Of a stretch of 62,760 nucleotides of DNA, positions 38,401 to 47,403 are shown in pieces; positions within the stretch are counted from its first letter, which is position 1, and every line of letters starts with the position of its first letter. The DNA lies in the NCBI GenBank assembly GCA_049967475.1, contig JBMFSQ010000021.1:1-62760 (forward strand). Direction: 5' to 3'. This stretch comes from Chthonomonadales bacterium (lineage in GTDB: Bacteria; Armatimonadota; Chthonomonadetes; Chthonomonadales; CAJBBX01). The position numbers were made by a program, and so were the translations under genes. Below the pieces are notes generated by a model. That model made no database searches. It was not told the origin of the DNA and saw only the letters and a program-made list of their open reading frames with translations.

Positions 38401-39120
38401 TTCCATGCCCACGTAGTGCGCACGGCTGGGAGCCCAAAGGCCGATGACCGGAATGGGATGTGCGCTCAGGGGTGGCGTGTAGGACCACGTGCGGTTATAG
38501 TGGTAGGCCGATATCTCCGGCGAACCCACGTGCACGTCTTCGAGCAAAGGGAAGGGGTCCGCCAATGGCGTTGCATTGAGCCATCCGCGCTGGTGCCATG
38601 CCTCGGCATCTGAAAGAAGCAAACAAAGGAAATGGAAGGGTTCCTTACCTGCAAAAGAGGTCCATTGCTGTTCGTCAAATGCCCGAATGGTAAGGTCGAA
38701 GCGCACCCGCGGATAACGGTCGCGCGGGCGCAGCATGACCTGGATTTCGTCTGTGCCGCCGAGTTTGAGGCCGGATGCAGGAGCTCCCTGAAGACCGCGG
38801 AAGGTAAGGCTGGAATGCCGGCGATCTGCCTGGCATTGCCGGGCGGTGATAAGGCCGCGGGAGGACAAGTGTACTTCTGCCACCACACGCCCCCCGCTCG
38901 ACACACGAAAGCCCGCCCAGGATCCAGACGAACCCACTGCCTGTATCTTTATAACGCCGTTGGACGCTGCCGGAGCCCCAGAAACCCCCATAGACGCATG
39001 AGTGCGCTGAGGAAGGCACGAGATGGCGGTGAGTGTCAAAGCCAGCGATGGAATAGAACCCCATTGAGCCATGGCCCCAAATCCTCTCACTTCCGAATTC
39101 AGGGTTCCTTTCATCGCCAT
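35500..39120 (-). CDS. Large hypothetical secreted multidomain protein (possible carbohydrate-active enzyme)
   Basis: 1206-aa ORF with an N-terminal hydrophobic segment, an aromatic-rich helical core and a C-terminal GATase-like/ThuA-like segment (YVQEGGTLV); no family assigned. Confidence 0.6.
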   Translation of the reverse strand: MAMKGTLNSEVRGFGAMAQWGSIPSLALTLTAISCLPQRTHASMGVSGAPAASNGVIKIQAVGSSGSWAGFRVSSGGRVVAEVHLSSRGLITARQCQADRRHSSLTFRGLQGAPASGLKLGGTDEIQVMLRPRDRYPRVRFDLTIRAFDEQQWTSFAGKEPFHFLCLLLSDAEAWHQRGWLNATPLADPFPLLEDVHVGSPEISAYHYNRTWSYTPPLSAHPIPVIGLWAPSRAHYVGMEFITTRLEGNSERNIATGYHWRPRGNRGGQYVALVYPYGGTGYQTLMLPKPGDHIASRCVLIWSLSLPATDDPNRFVLNYLWQRDRDLLPRVPPIVDLSWLPGGIRLQDFEGPPPGGLINGVEGQFQIPGSQLIGGWRWHNESAVQVARARGDQARLEDLEAEAQRLLKYAKRFRVQGDTCVYWEKPLTGRWTDQWGGAAVTTLHNANGFAAGRLFLDLYRDCGKSQYRSIADGVLNWAKHIAWTRNEFADVPSSPFAIGGTLSASFCLDYYTTFKHAADVRHRQMAQIALQLARSFTYRYMVMWLGDNSRWDNLDASFLWEPNSGRDWTGAACANEVFWNLDTLAQTAVDTGDPILMWALQGSLNRWYQLYQEKYKDRLADYQPSDMTEGYGLAPGNVYGLGSRAPYGFASPLAMIEPVGDTLVRVLAGERAAMVFAKNRVTVAVADYRNSGDGNLAFTLKADGPYTPNQPFSISLTVPYVDISTKAVRIIRNGRTHVLVPGADVIRPPQALWSLRINDVAVGDRILVGKLDPAAPILPSAPPLIQRDASSVQGMDHQARTFFEPVVLPFDARPDVSWEHLNAWAGLPRGLLWAWGIPFQLAPYGAPSVLAGPIHLRPPVREGAWYALLYSDGNGPRPALVGRGGRRWAAQQNLEAQAWRAWPPIYHQRLLLSLVHADGEVTGVDPGGRQVWALTGILPAAEHSGELQRILDHLQEKGVPEWASLRENEARVAILRKELSSIQGAPIAILPPNPGGSVMNLAMKAGMMQHAAELTAEQLAQPGTLDAARFRVALYADGEDYVHTVHSPGDAAMAVVRYVQEGGTLVLAASQPLPFCYAMGPGFHRSEPLGGRFGMPLYNAIETLPGEDLRVEFLPGASLLGRFPASVPYPAGDPRLRCVDRSAIPPDARYTPIARVVGRSGKDYGDAAALVEWPHGGRVLYVSDVLLRLPDVPEAVVRWIAHAAGG

Positions 39121-39307
39121 GAATGCCGGTTCCTTCCAACCGGTGAAAAACAGGACGCTGCGGGGTATTCGCTGGGTGCACGAGCAGTTCGGGGCCGACG
39201 ACTGTGCGCTTCCAGGCTCCGAGTGTGCAAATGCTTCGTTGGGAACGAGGCGACTTGATCGGTTGGCCGTGGTGACGCCGGCGCACTCGAAAACCGGCCT
39301 AGGCGCC

Positions 39308-40747
39308 TTAAAGAATATAACGGCTCAGATCCTCGTTGCCGGCGATGTTTTCGAGGCGCGCCCGTACGTAGGCGGCATCAATGCGGACCTGTTTATCTTC
39401 CAGATCCGGGGCGTCAAAGGAAACGTCCTCCAGGAGGCGTTCCATCACCGTGTGCAAGCGCCGGGCCCCGATGTTCTCACTGGACTGGTTGACGCGCGCG
39501 GCCACGGATGCGATTTCGGCGATGGCGTCATCGGTGAATTCCACCGTAACGCCTTCCGTAGCGAGGAGGGCCGTGTACTGGCGGATGAGGGCGTTGCGGG
39601 GCTCGGTGAGAATGCGGCGGAAATCCGCCTCATTGAGGGCCTCCAGCTCTACTCGTATGGGGAGGCGGCCCTGAAGTTCGGGGATGAGGTCCGACGGTTT
39701 GGACACATGGAAGGCTCCGGCGGCGATGAAAAGAATGTGGTTCGTCCGCACCGGGCCGTATTTCGTAGCCACGGTAGATCCCTCGATAATGGGGAGGATA
39801 TCGCGCTGAACCCCTTCTCGGGACACGTCGGGTCCGTGGCCTCCTTCGCGTCCGGCGATCTTGTCTATCTCATCCACGAAGATGATGCCGTTTTGCTCGG
39901 CCCTGGCTATTGCTTCCCTCACCACGGCGTCGTGGTCCAACATATTCCGGGCTTCTTCTTCGGCGAAGATGCGGCGGGCTTCACGGATGGGCACGGTGCG
40001 CTTCGTGCGTCGGCGGCCCATGAGGTTGCCGAAGGCGCTCTGCAGATCGTCCATGCCCATCTCTTCCATTCCTTGTGGAGAGAAGACCTGCAGGAAGGGC
40101 GTAGGGTGCTGTTCCACTTCGATTTCCACAGGTTGGTCATCCAAGAGGCCTGCTTTGACCTGTTCCTTGAGGCGGGCGCGCACGCGGAGGTCCCGTTCAC
40201 GGCGGCGGTTGTCCTCATCAGTCTGAGCTTCGGGCGGCGGGGGTTGCGTAGTGCTGAGGACGCCGCCAAACAAGGAACCGAATGTTTGCCGGATGATCTC
40301 GGCATTATCCTTGGGTTCGGAAGATTTCTCCGGCGCCGGGTGGAGGATGTTCACGATGCGCTCCACAGCGCGATCGTCTGCAGCTTCGCGCACCTCAGCC
40401 ATCTTCTCGTTCTCCACCATGCGAACGGCCACTTGCGCCAGATCACGTACCATGGAGTCCACGTCGCGGCCCACGTAGCCCACTTCGGTGAATTTGGTAG
40501 CCTCGACTTTGATGAAGGGGGCGTGCGCGAGATTGGCGAGGCGGCGGGCAATTTCCGTTTTGCCTACACCTGTAGGGCCGATCATTAGGATGTTCTTGGG
40601 GATTACTTCGTCGCGCAGATCTTCCGGTAAGAGGCGCCTGCGGTGGCGGTTGCGAAGGGCAATCGCTACAGCGCGCTTTGCAGCGGCCTGGCCCACGATG
40701 TACTTGTCGAGTTCTGCGACGATCTGGCTGGGAGTTAGGTCTTCCAT
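39308..40747 (-). CDS. hslU: ATP-dependent protease ATPase subunit HslU
   Basis: [55 protein letters not shown]-terminal LSRYIL; ATG 40747. Confidence 0.96.
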   Translation of the reverse strand: MEDLTPSQIVAELDKYIVGQAAAKRAVAIALRNRHRRRLLPEDLRDEVIPKNILMIGPTGVGKTEIARRLANLAHAPFIKVEATKFTEVGYVGRDVDSMVRDLAQVAVRMVENEKMAEVREAADDRAVERIVNILHPAPEKSSEPKDNAEIIRQTFGSLFGGVLSTTQPPPPEAQTDEDNRRRERDLRVRARLKEQVKAGLLDDQPVEIEVEQHPTPFLQVFSPQGMEEMGMDDLQSAFGNLMGRRRTKRTVPIREARRIFAEEEARNMLDHDAVVREAIARAEQNGIIFVDEIDKIAGREGGHGPDVSREGVQRDILPIIEGSTVATKYGPVRTNHILFIAAGAFHVSKPSDLIPELQGRLPIRVELEALNEADFRRILTEPRNALIRQYTALLATEGVTVEFTDDAIAEIASVAARVNQSSENIGARRLHTVMERLLEDVSFDAPDLEDKQVRIDAAYVRARLENIAGNEDLSRYIL

Positions 40748-40949
40748 AGTCCTCGCGGCGGCATCTTCGGCGTGCCGATGTTCGGCGTCACCTGCAGGGC
40801 GGAGTTCAGCGCTTCGGAATGAAGTGGCAACGCTCCGTTTTGCCTGGAGTACACCCAGGCTCCACGGGTTCGGGCTGGGGCGCATTCAAGCAGCAATCCC
40901 GCGCTTGGAGCCGCCGCGTGTATCCTGCCGAAACAGCGCATCCCATTGC

Positions 40950-40979
40950 ATTATAGCGGTCGTGTCGCAGCGGCGTCAA
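40950..40979 (-). promoter_or_regulatory. sigma70 promoter TTGACG-N18-TATAAT for hslU
   Basis: Reverse complements of cgtcaa (40974-40979) and attata (40950-40955). Confidence 0.65.
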
Positions 40980-41014
40980 CGGTAGGGATGCCGGGCTTGC
41001 CATGCGTTGGCTCC

Positions 41015-41044
41015 TTGACATTGCCGCCGGCCGAATGTTACCAT
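41015..41044 (+). promoter_or_regulatory. sigma70 promoter TTGACA-N18-TACCAT, divergent from hslU
   Basis: TTGACA 41015-41020, extended TG, TACCAT 41039-41044. Confidence 0.6.
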
Positions 41045-41165
41045 TCTGCGGCTGCTTCGCGGCGACCACCTAACGGCTCGCGCGATTACAGGCTTTTGGC
41101 AGCCGGACGAACAGCCATAACCAGAGAGGTTGCAGGTGCCGATCCGTTCTCGGTGGGCAGGCCCC

Positions 41166-42155
41166 ATGCGATCAGTTCAGAACTCCACGCGCCCCGTATA
41201 CCACGCAGTGAGTGTAGTGGCTGCCCCCCTCTCGTTCCTGTTGGCATTGGTGGTTCTTCTGTCTTTCATCGCGAGGGATCAGGGCTTCCTTACCGGGCAG
41301 AATTGGCAGACTATCGTGCAATCCACCGCGGTTGTGGCCATCCTGGCAGTGGGCGAGACGGCTGTCATCATCACTGGGGGGATTGATCTGGCGGTAGGGC
41401 GTGTCTTGGCTCTGGCAGGCGTTGTGGCCGCAAGCGCCATGGTGAACCATCACGCCGGCATTGCAGCAGGGGTAGCATGGGCCTGCGGAGTGGGTACCCT
41501 GTGTGGTCTCGTGAACGGCATCTTGGCGACGTACGGGCGCATGCCTGCCTTTATCGCTACCCTTGGAATGATGGGTGTCGCCAACGGCCTGGCCTTGATG
41601 CTTTCTGGCGACACCAACATCAGCGGGCTCGCGCCGGGCTTCGACGTATTCAGCACGGGCGAACTGCTGGGAAGCCCTACGCGCCATGGCATCCCCGTGC
41701 CGTTGCTCTTGATGTTGGGAGCGGCTCTGGGGGTACACCTATTGCTTGCACGTACGGCGTGGGGCCGCAGTTTGTATGCGGTGGGAGGCAATCGGGATGC
41801 GGCGAGGCTCTCGGGCATCTCGCTCGTGCGCGTCACCATCACGGTGTTCATGCTCTCGGGTTTGCTTTCGGGCTTTGCCGCAGTCATCCACATCTCCCGA
41901 ACGGGAGGTGCCCAGCCCACCGCAGGCGCCGGCATGGAACTGCAGGCCATCGCCGCCGCAGTGATCGGCGGAACGAGCCTCATGGGCGGCGTGGGGAATG
42001 TTGCAGGAACACTGATCGGAGCATTCCTCATGGCGGTGATCCAAAACGGCTGCGACCTTAGGGGCATCCATCCTCACTTTCAGGTTATCATCATCGGTTC
42101 GGTGATCTGGCTCGCCTCCTTGTATGACGGATGGCGCAGGCGTATTGCGCGGTAG
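41166..42155 (+). CDS. Sugar ABC transporter permease, RbsC-like
   Basis: GGIDLAVG, PAFIATLG, YAVGGNRDAARLSG, ELQAIAAAVIGGTSL; start uncertain (41130/41166). Confidence 0.9.
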   Translation: MRSVQNSTRPVYHAVSVVAAPLSFLLALVVLLSFIARDQGFLTGQNWQTIVQSTAVVAILAVGETAVIITGGIDLAVGRVLALAGVVAASAMVNHHAGIAAGVAWACGVGTLCGLVNGILATYGRMPAFIATLGMMGVANGLALMLSGDTNISGLAPGFDVFSTGELLGSPTRHGIPVPLLLMLGAALGVHLLLARTAWGRSLYAVGGNRDAARLSGISLVRVTITVFMLSGLLSGFAAVIHISRTGGAQPTAGAGMELQAIAAAVIGGTSLMGGVGNVAGTLIGAFLMAVIQNGCDLRGIHPHFQVIIIGSVIWLASLYDGWRRRIAR

Positions 42156-42243
42156 GTAGCGAACTTGCACGGAGTGGGCCCCAGTGCGGTGCATCCAGGC
42201 AGATTTGCGCGCGGCAACAGGGTATGGGAGGGAATAGATTTCT

Positions 42244-43221
42244 ATGACCAAGGTACGCAAGGCTGTCATTACTGCTGCAGGGCGGGGAACGCGCATGTAT
42301 CCCGCCACCATCACCATCCAGAAGGAGATGCTGCCGGTGATGGATGTAGACGGCGTGGTGAAGCCCGCCATCCAGGTGATCATCGAGGAAGCCCTCGAAT
42401 CCGGCATCGAGGATATCTGCCTTGTGGTGAACCCGATCAACCGTCGGCAGATCGAACAGCACTTCCAGCCTCTATCCCCAGAGGAGATGCGCTTATTCAA
42501 AGGGAAGGACTGGGCGCTCTTGCAATCAGCCCGCCTTCAGCAGATCGCCGCTCGCCTCACGTTTGTGGAACAGAAGTCTCCCGAGGGCTATGGGCATGCG
42601 GTATGGTGTGCCCGGGAGTTCGTGGGCGATGAGCCGTTCCTGCTGATGCTGGGCGACCACATTTACACATCCGGCACAGGCGAGCGGTGTGCCCGGCAGA
42701 TTTTGAACGTTTACGAGAAGTACGGTGCCAGCGTGTCGGCTGTGCAACAAACGCCTGCGGAACTGCTTCACCTGTTTGGGACCGTTAGGGGGAAGCTCAT
42801 CCAAGAGAACCCCCGCGTCTATGAGGTGAGCCACATCTACGAAAAGCCCTCCCTGGAATATGCCGAGCAACATTTACGTGTGGAAGGGCTCCTTTGGGGC
42901 GTATATCTGTGCTTCTTCGGAATGCACGTGCTCAACCCCGCCATCTTTGACGCTTTGGACTATGCCATCCGCAACGATCTTCGCGAGCGGGGCGAATTCC
43001 AACTTACCTCAGCCCAGGAGCGCCTCCGCGAGAGTGGCGAGCGGTACCTTGCCTTCGAAGCTGTGGGCCGTCGCTACGATTTCGGGATACCCTTCGGGTA
43101 TGCACAGACACAGGCGGCTCTGGCCGTGCGGTCCGTCTTCCGCGAACAGATGCTCGCCGCCCTTGTCAGCATGTTGGCTGCACCGGAGAAGAACATTCCC
43201 GAGGCGTTCAGAGACCCTTAG
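42244..43221 (+). CDS. galU: UTP--glucose-1-phosphate uridylyltransferase
   Basis: KAVITAAGRGTRMYPAT..KEMLP, EQ..PEGYGHAV, LGDH, EKP, EFQLT. Confidence 0.85.
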   Translation: MTKVRKAVITAAGRGTRMYPATITIQKEMLPVMDVDGVVKPAIQVIIEEALESGIEDICLVVNPINRRQIEQHFQPLSPEEMRLFKGKDWALLQSARLQQIAARLTFVEQKSPEGYGHAVWCAREFVGDEPFLLMLGDHIYTSGTGERCARQILNVYEKYGASVSAVQQTPAELLHLFGTVRGKLIQENPRVYEVSHIYEKPSLEYAEQHLRVEGLLWGVYLCFFGMHVLNPAIFDALDYAIRNDLRERGEFQLTSAQERLRESGERYLAFEAVGRRYDFGIPFGYAQTQAALAVRSVFREQMLAALVSMLAAPEKNIPEAFRDP

Positions 43222-43314
43222 GGGCGCGATGGGCCGGTTGTGAGCTTTGCACGTGCCGGAAGGACGCTGTGTCGCGAGCCTTTTGGGCGTGTTCGTGGAT
43301 GGAAAGGATGCGTC

Positions 43315-44574
43315 ATGGAGATAGGGAACCCGTCGGTGGATAGAGTGGTGACCCAGTACCAAGAATATCTAAATCCGGGACTGGCGGCGCTCATGAAGTT
43401 CGGCGGCTTTGGAGATGTGGAAGACACCGCCGAGGGATGCATCGTGCGGACGGTGTCGGGCGCCGAATATCTGGATTGCCTGGGCGGCTATGGAGTGTTT
43501 TCGCTGGGACACCGCCATCCGGTGGTCGTGGAAGCGGTGCGCAGGCAACTGGAGAGAATGCCCCTTTCCAGCCGCACGTTCTTCAATGCTCAGCAGGCAG
43601 CCCTCGCCGAGCGTCTCGCCAAGGAGGCGCCCGGCCGTCTGAAATACACCTTCTTTTCCAACAGCGGCACCGAGGCTGTTGAGGCAGCCATCAAGATCGC
43701 CCGCATCGCGACGCATCGAGCACGCTTCGTATGTGCCGTAGGCGGCTTTCACGGAAAGAGCATGGGAGCGCTTTCTGCTACAGGGCGGGAAATATTCCGC
43801 AAGCCGTTCGATCCGTTGGTGCCGGGCTTCGTGCACGTACCCTTCGACGATATTGCTGCTTTGGAGGAAGCCCTCACCCCAGACACCGCCGGGGTGATCC
43901 TCGAGCCTATCCAAGGTGAAGGCGGCATCATCCTTCCGTCCGAGAACTATCTTGGGGAAGTGCGCCGCCTCTGCAGCGAAAAGGGCGTCCTGCTGATCCT
44001 CGATGAGGTGCAGACGGGCCTCGGCCGCACCGGTGCGCTCTTCGCCTGCCGGCATTGGAACGTAGAGCCGGATATCATGACGCTGGCCAAAGCCTTGGGT
44101 GGCGGCGTGATGCCCATCGGCGCTACGATTGCCATCCCAGAGGTGTGGGAGGCGGCATTTTCTGAGAACCCCCTGATCCACACCAGCACGTTTGGAGGAT
44201 CTCCGCTGGCATGTGCTGCAGGGTTGGCCACATTGGATGTGATCCATTCCGAAGGGCTCGTGCAAGCCGCCCGAGAGCGGGGTTTGCAGCTCATTGAAGC
44301 CCTCCAAGACGTGCGCCGCCGCTTCCCCGAAGCTCTGGTAGATGTGCGCGGCATGGGCCTCATGATCGGGGTGGAATTCGCCGTGAAAGACGTGGCGGAA
44401 CTTACCATCAACGGAATGGCCAGGCGGGGCGTAATCGCTGCATATACCCTGAACAACCCGAAGGTCATCCGCTTCGAACCCCCGCTGGTTATCACGCAGA
44501 AGCAGGTAGCCCAGGCCGCCGATGCGTTTGGCGAGGCGGTGGGCGAAGCGGTGGCGATGCTTGCGGATCTCTAG
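43315..44574 (+). CDS. Class III PLP aminotransferase, putrescine aminotransferase (PatA)-like
   Basis: EYLNPG, DCLGGYG, SNSGTEAVE, FHGKSMGALS, EPIQGEGG, LAKALGGG, AYTLNNP. Confidence 0.85.
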   Translation: MEIGNPSVDRVVTQYQEYLNPGLAALMKFGGFGDVEDTAEGCIVRTVSGAEYLDCLGGYGVFSLGHRHPVVVEAVRRQLERMPLSSRTFFNAQQAALAERLAKEAPGRLKYTFFSNSGTEAVEAAIKIARIATHRARFVCAVGGFHGKSMGALSATGREIFRKPFDPLVPGFVHVPFDDIAALEEALTPDTAGVILEPIQGEGGIILPSENYLGEVRRLCSEKGVLLILDEVQTGLGRTGALFACRHWNVEPDIMTLAKALGGGVMPIGATIAIPEVWEAAFSENPLIHTSTFGGSPLACAAGLATLDVIHSEGLVQAARERGLQLIEALQDVRRRFPEALVDVRGMGLMIGVEFAVKDVAELTINGMARRGVIAAYTLNNPKVIRFEPPLVITQKQVAQAADAFGEAVGEAVAMLADL

Positions 44575-44704
44575 GCATTCCTTTAAGGCGGGCGCACTCG
44601 GCAGGAAATTGGGCTCGTTGCGCGGAAAAACGCTTTGGGCGGCGCCGCTTTCCGGCGAGCCTCTGCGCAGCCCGTACTACGCTTGAGAACTGGGAGGCAG
44701 AAGG

Positions 44705-45865
44705 ATGGCCAAACGACGCATCAACGTAGCGCTGATCGGCTACCAATTCATGGGCAAGGCCCACAGCAATGCCTATCGGCAGGTGGGCCGCTTCTTCGAC
44801 CTGGATGTGGAGCCCGTGATGAAGGTTATCTGCGGCCGCAACGAGGCGAAGGTCAAGGCGGCAGCGGAGCGCTTCGGGTGGCAAGAGTACGCCACAAGCT
44901 GGGAAGATGTGGTGAGCCGCAAGGACATAGACCTTGTGGATATCGCCACCCCGGGCAATACCCATGCCATGATCGGCATCGGCTCGGTGCAACAAGGCAA
45001 GAATACCTTGTGCGAAAAGCCCTTGGCCAATACTCTGGCGGAGGCCCAGGCCATGCTCGATGCCGCCCAAAAGGCAGGCGTAAAGCACGGCATCTGCCAC
45101 AACTATCGCAAAGCCCCGGCCGTAGCCCTGGCAAAGAAGTTGATTGACGAAGGCCGCATCGGCAAGATCTATCATTTCCGGGGAACCTATCTGCAGGACT
45201 GGATCGTGGATCCGAATTTCCCTGTGGTATGGCGGTTGGACAAATCCATAGCTGGATCGGGCTCCCATGGGGATCTCAACGCGCACCTGATTGACACGGC
45301 TCGTTGGCTCGTGGGCGAGATCACCGAGGTCTGCGGAATGCTGGACACGTTCGTGAAACAGCGGCCCAAACTCGCCGAGAGCGACGACAGGCTGGGCGGC
45401 AAGGCTGCCAGTGAGATGGCCGAAGTGACCGTGGATGACTCCTCGATCTTTATTGCCCGCTTTGCGAATGGTGCCGTGGGTACATTCGAGGCCTCTCGCT
45501 TCTGCCCTGGGCGCAAGAACTACAATCGGTGGGAGATCAACGGCAGCAAGGGCTCCATCGCCTTCAACCTTGAGCGGATGAACGAGCTGGAGGTGTACTT
45601 CCACGACGACGATCCGGAAGTGCGCGGCTTCCGAACAATCCACGTTACAGACAGCATGCATCCGTATACGGGTGTCTATTGGCCTGTGGCGCACATCATC
45701 GGTTACGAACACACCTTCATCAACCTGCTGAAGGATCTCTTTGATGCAATCGCCCAGGACAAGCCCTTCTCACCCGATTGGGTGGACGGCGTGAAGAACC
45801 AGGCGATCTTGGAAGCGGTGGAGGTGTCGTCGGCGACGCGGTCGTGGCAGAAGCCGCAGGCTTGA
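44705..45865 (+). CDS. Gfo/Idh/MocA family oxidoreductase
   Basis: IGYQFMGKAH, CEKPLA, YLQDW, GDLNAH. Confidence 0.93.
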   Translation: MAKRRINVALIGYQFMGKAHSNAYRQVGRFFDLDVEPVMKVICGRNEAKVKAAAERFGWQEYATSWEDVVSRKDIDLVDIATPGNTHAMIGIGSVQQGKNTLCEKPLANTLAEAQAMLDAAQKAGVKHGICHNYRKAPAVALAKKLIDEGRIGKIYHFRGTYLQDWIVDPNFPVVWRLDKSIAGSGSHGDLNAHLIDTARWLVGEITEVCGMLDTFVKQRPKLAESDDRLGGKAASEMAEVTVDDSSIFIARFANGAVGTFEASRFCPGRKNYNRWEINGSKGSIAFNLERMNELEVYFHDDDPEVRGFRTIHVTDSMHPYTGVYWPVAHIIGYEHTFINLLKDLFDAIAQDKPFSPDWVDGVKNQAILEAVEVSSATRSWQKPQA

Positions 45866-45901
45866 GGATTGGGGATCGGCGGCTAGGAGGCAACCACAGC
45901 G

Positions 45902-45939
45902 TGCGGGGCGGGCGGGCTGCGAGTTCGCCCAGCCCCGCA
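45902..45939 (+). terminator. Strong GC hairpin after the oxidoreductase gene (terminator or 3' stabiliser; no U-tract)
   Basis: TGCGGGGC/GCCCCGCA plus GGGCGGGC/GTTCGCCC stems. Confidence 0.4.
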
Positions 45940-45965
45940 GGGGACACAGGGCGCAAAGGTTCCGG

Positions 45966-45995
45966 TTGACGGAATGATGCATCGGTTGGTATACT
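45966..45995 (+). promoter_or_regulatory. sigma70 promoter TTGACG-N18-TATACT
   Basis: TTGACG 45966-45971, extended TG, TATACT 45990-45995, upstream of ORF 46041. Confidence 0.65.
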
Positions 45996-46040
45996 CAATA
46001 ATGTCTACAGACTGTGCTGCGCTGAGATCCAGGAGAGTTC

Positions 46041-46415
46041 ATGGTTCAGCAACATGCACCACGGCCGCCGGTGCGCTTCGCCCACCCGAGCGAAGCGGAG
46101 ATCGCCCGGCTGTTGGATTTTTATGGCGTGCGGTGGGAATACGAACCCCGAAGCTTCCCGCTGGAACGCGCCGCCGATGGGCGGGTCACTTCGTCCTTCA
46201 CCCCCGACTTCTACCTTCCCGACTTCGACCTCTACCTTGAGATCACCACCATCAAGCCATCCCTCGCCAATCGCAAGAACCGCAAGATACGCCATCTGCA
46301 GCAGCTATACCCTGATGTGCGCATCCGATTGTTGGGACTGAGGGATGTTGAGGCGCTTATGCTCAAATATGGCCGAATGGGACGCGCCCTAAGTTTGGCC
46401 ACAACCACGGAGTGA
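46041..46415 (+). CDS. Small hypothetical protein with PD-(D/E)XK nuclease-like motifs
   Basis: AGGAG RBS; SEAE..WEYEP..FTPDFYLP..LYLEIT. Confidence 0.7.
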   Translation: MVQQHAPRPPVRFAHPSEAEIARLLDFYGVRWEYEPRSFPLERAADGRVTSSFTPDFYLPDFDLYLEITTIKPSLANRKNRKIRHLQQLYPDVRIRLLGLRDVEALMLKYGRMGRALSLATTTE

Positions 46416-46442
46416 AGAACGCCAACCCAACGCGAGGAGTTG

Positions 46443-46472
46443 TTGACACGACTGAGGGCTTCTAGGTATAAT
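46443..46472 (+). promoter_or_regulatory. sigma70 promoter with consensus hexamers, TTGACA-N18-TATAAT, for infC-rpmI-rplT
   Basis: Perfect hexamers at 46443-46448 and 46467-46472. Confidence 0.8.
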
Positions 46473-46517
46473 GGCCCGCGTCGTGCAACAGGCACATGAT
46501 AACAGGAGAGACGGCTT

Positions 46518-47054
46518 ATCAACAAGGACTTCCGGGTTAACGAACAGATCCTTCGCTCCCACCGAGATTACCCGCGCGTGCGGGACGTACGGGTGATTGA
46601 CGAGAACGGCGAGCAGCTTGGCGTGATGAATGTACGCGATGCGCTCGTCCTAGCGAAGGAACGCGGATTGGACCTCATCGAGGTAGCACCGCAAGCGTCG
46701 CCTCCCGTGTGCCGCATCATGGACTATGGCCGGCACAAGTACGAGATGGCGAAGCGCGAGAAGGAGTCGCAAAAGAAGGCGCGATCCGGGGACCTTAAAG
46801 GTGTGTGGTTTCGGCCTCAAACCGACGAGCACGACTTTAACTTCAAGGTAAAAAACGCCCTCAAGTTCCTTCAGGAGGGCGATAAAGTGAAGGTCACCGT
46901 GCGCTTCCGCAGCCGCGAGATCACCCATCCGGAATTCGGCAGGAAGCTGCTGGACCGCGTGGTGGAGGTGCTCAACGGCGCGGCCGTCGTTGAGAAACCG
47001 CCGGCAATGGAAGGCCGCACGATGACGATGATCCTGGCGCCCAGCAACAAGTGA
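46518..47054 (+). CDS. infC: Translation initiation factor IF-3, non-canonical ATC start
   Basis: AGGAG at 46504-46508, then ATC 46518 giving INKDFRVNEQI..; in-frame stops at 46497-46502 exclude an upstream start; LDLIEV, PPVCRIMDYG, GDKVKV. Confidence 0.93.
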   Translation: MNKDFRVNEQILRSHRDYPRVRDVRVIDENGEQLGVMNVRDALVLAKERGLDLIEVAPQASPPVCRIMDYGRHKYEMAKREKESQKKARSGDLKGVWFRPQTDEHDFNFKVKNALKFLQEGDKVKVTVRFRSREITHPEFGRKLLDRVVEVLNGAAVVEKPPAMEGRTMTMILAPSNK

Positions 47055-47123
47055 GGCGCAACCGAAAGGCTGTGCTTGTTGTGCCGAGCGCGTGCCCGAT
47101 CTTTTGACGCGGGGGAATTCTGC

Positions 47124-47321
47124 ATGGCCAAATTGAAGACACGGAAGGCTGCTGCCAAACGCTTTAAGGTTACCGCCACCGGCAAAATCGTTCACAGGTC
47201 TATTGGCCTCAACCACCTTATGCGCAAGAAGAGCATGAGCGAGCGGCGGCGCCTGTTGAAGGGCAACGTGCTCTCAAAGGCTCAAGAACAGCGGGTGAAG
47301 CGTATGTTGGGTATGGCGTAA
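47124..47321 (+). CDS. rpmI: 50S ribosomal protein L35
   Basis: MAKLKTRKAAAKRFKVTATGK..NHLMRKK. Confidence 0.95.
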   Translation: MAKLKTRKAAAKRFKVTATGKIVHRSIGLNHLMRKKSMSERRRLLKGNVLSKAQEQRVKRMLGMA

Positions 47322-47403
47322 CCAGCGCCTGCCTTCGATCACGAGGGAACGGGATCTTCAAGAGGGCCTACGGGCCCCTCCCGTCCGTTAGGAGAAGAGA
47401 ACT

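Noticed and set aside
40748..40885. N-terminal extension of HslU or an hslV remnant
   Set aside because: The translation resembles neither HslV nor conserved HslU sequence; homology begins at MEDLTP (40747)
45940..45972. GGGCGCAAAG..TCCGG resembling a c-di-GMP-I riboswitch (similar GGCAAACC..GGGCGCAG on the minus strand near 6955-6985)
   Set aside because: No GNRA-capped P2 or receptor helix; the first site lies upstream of and within the promoter, so it would not be in that transcript
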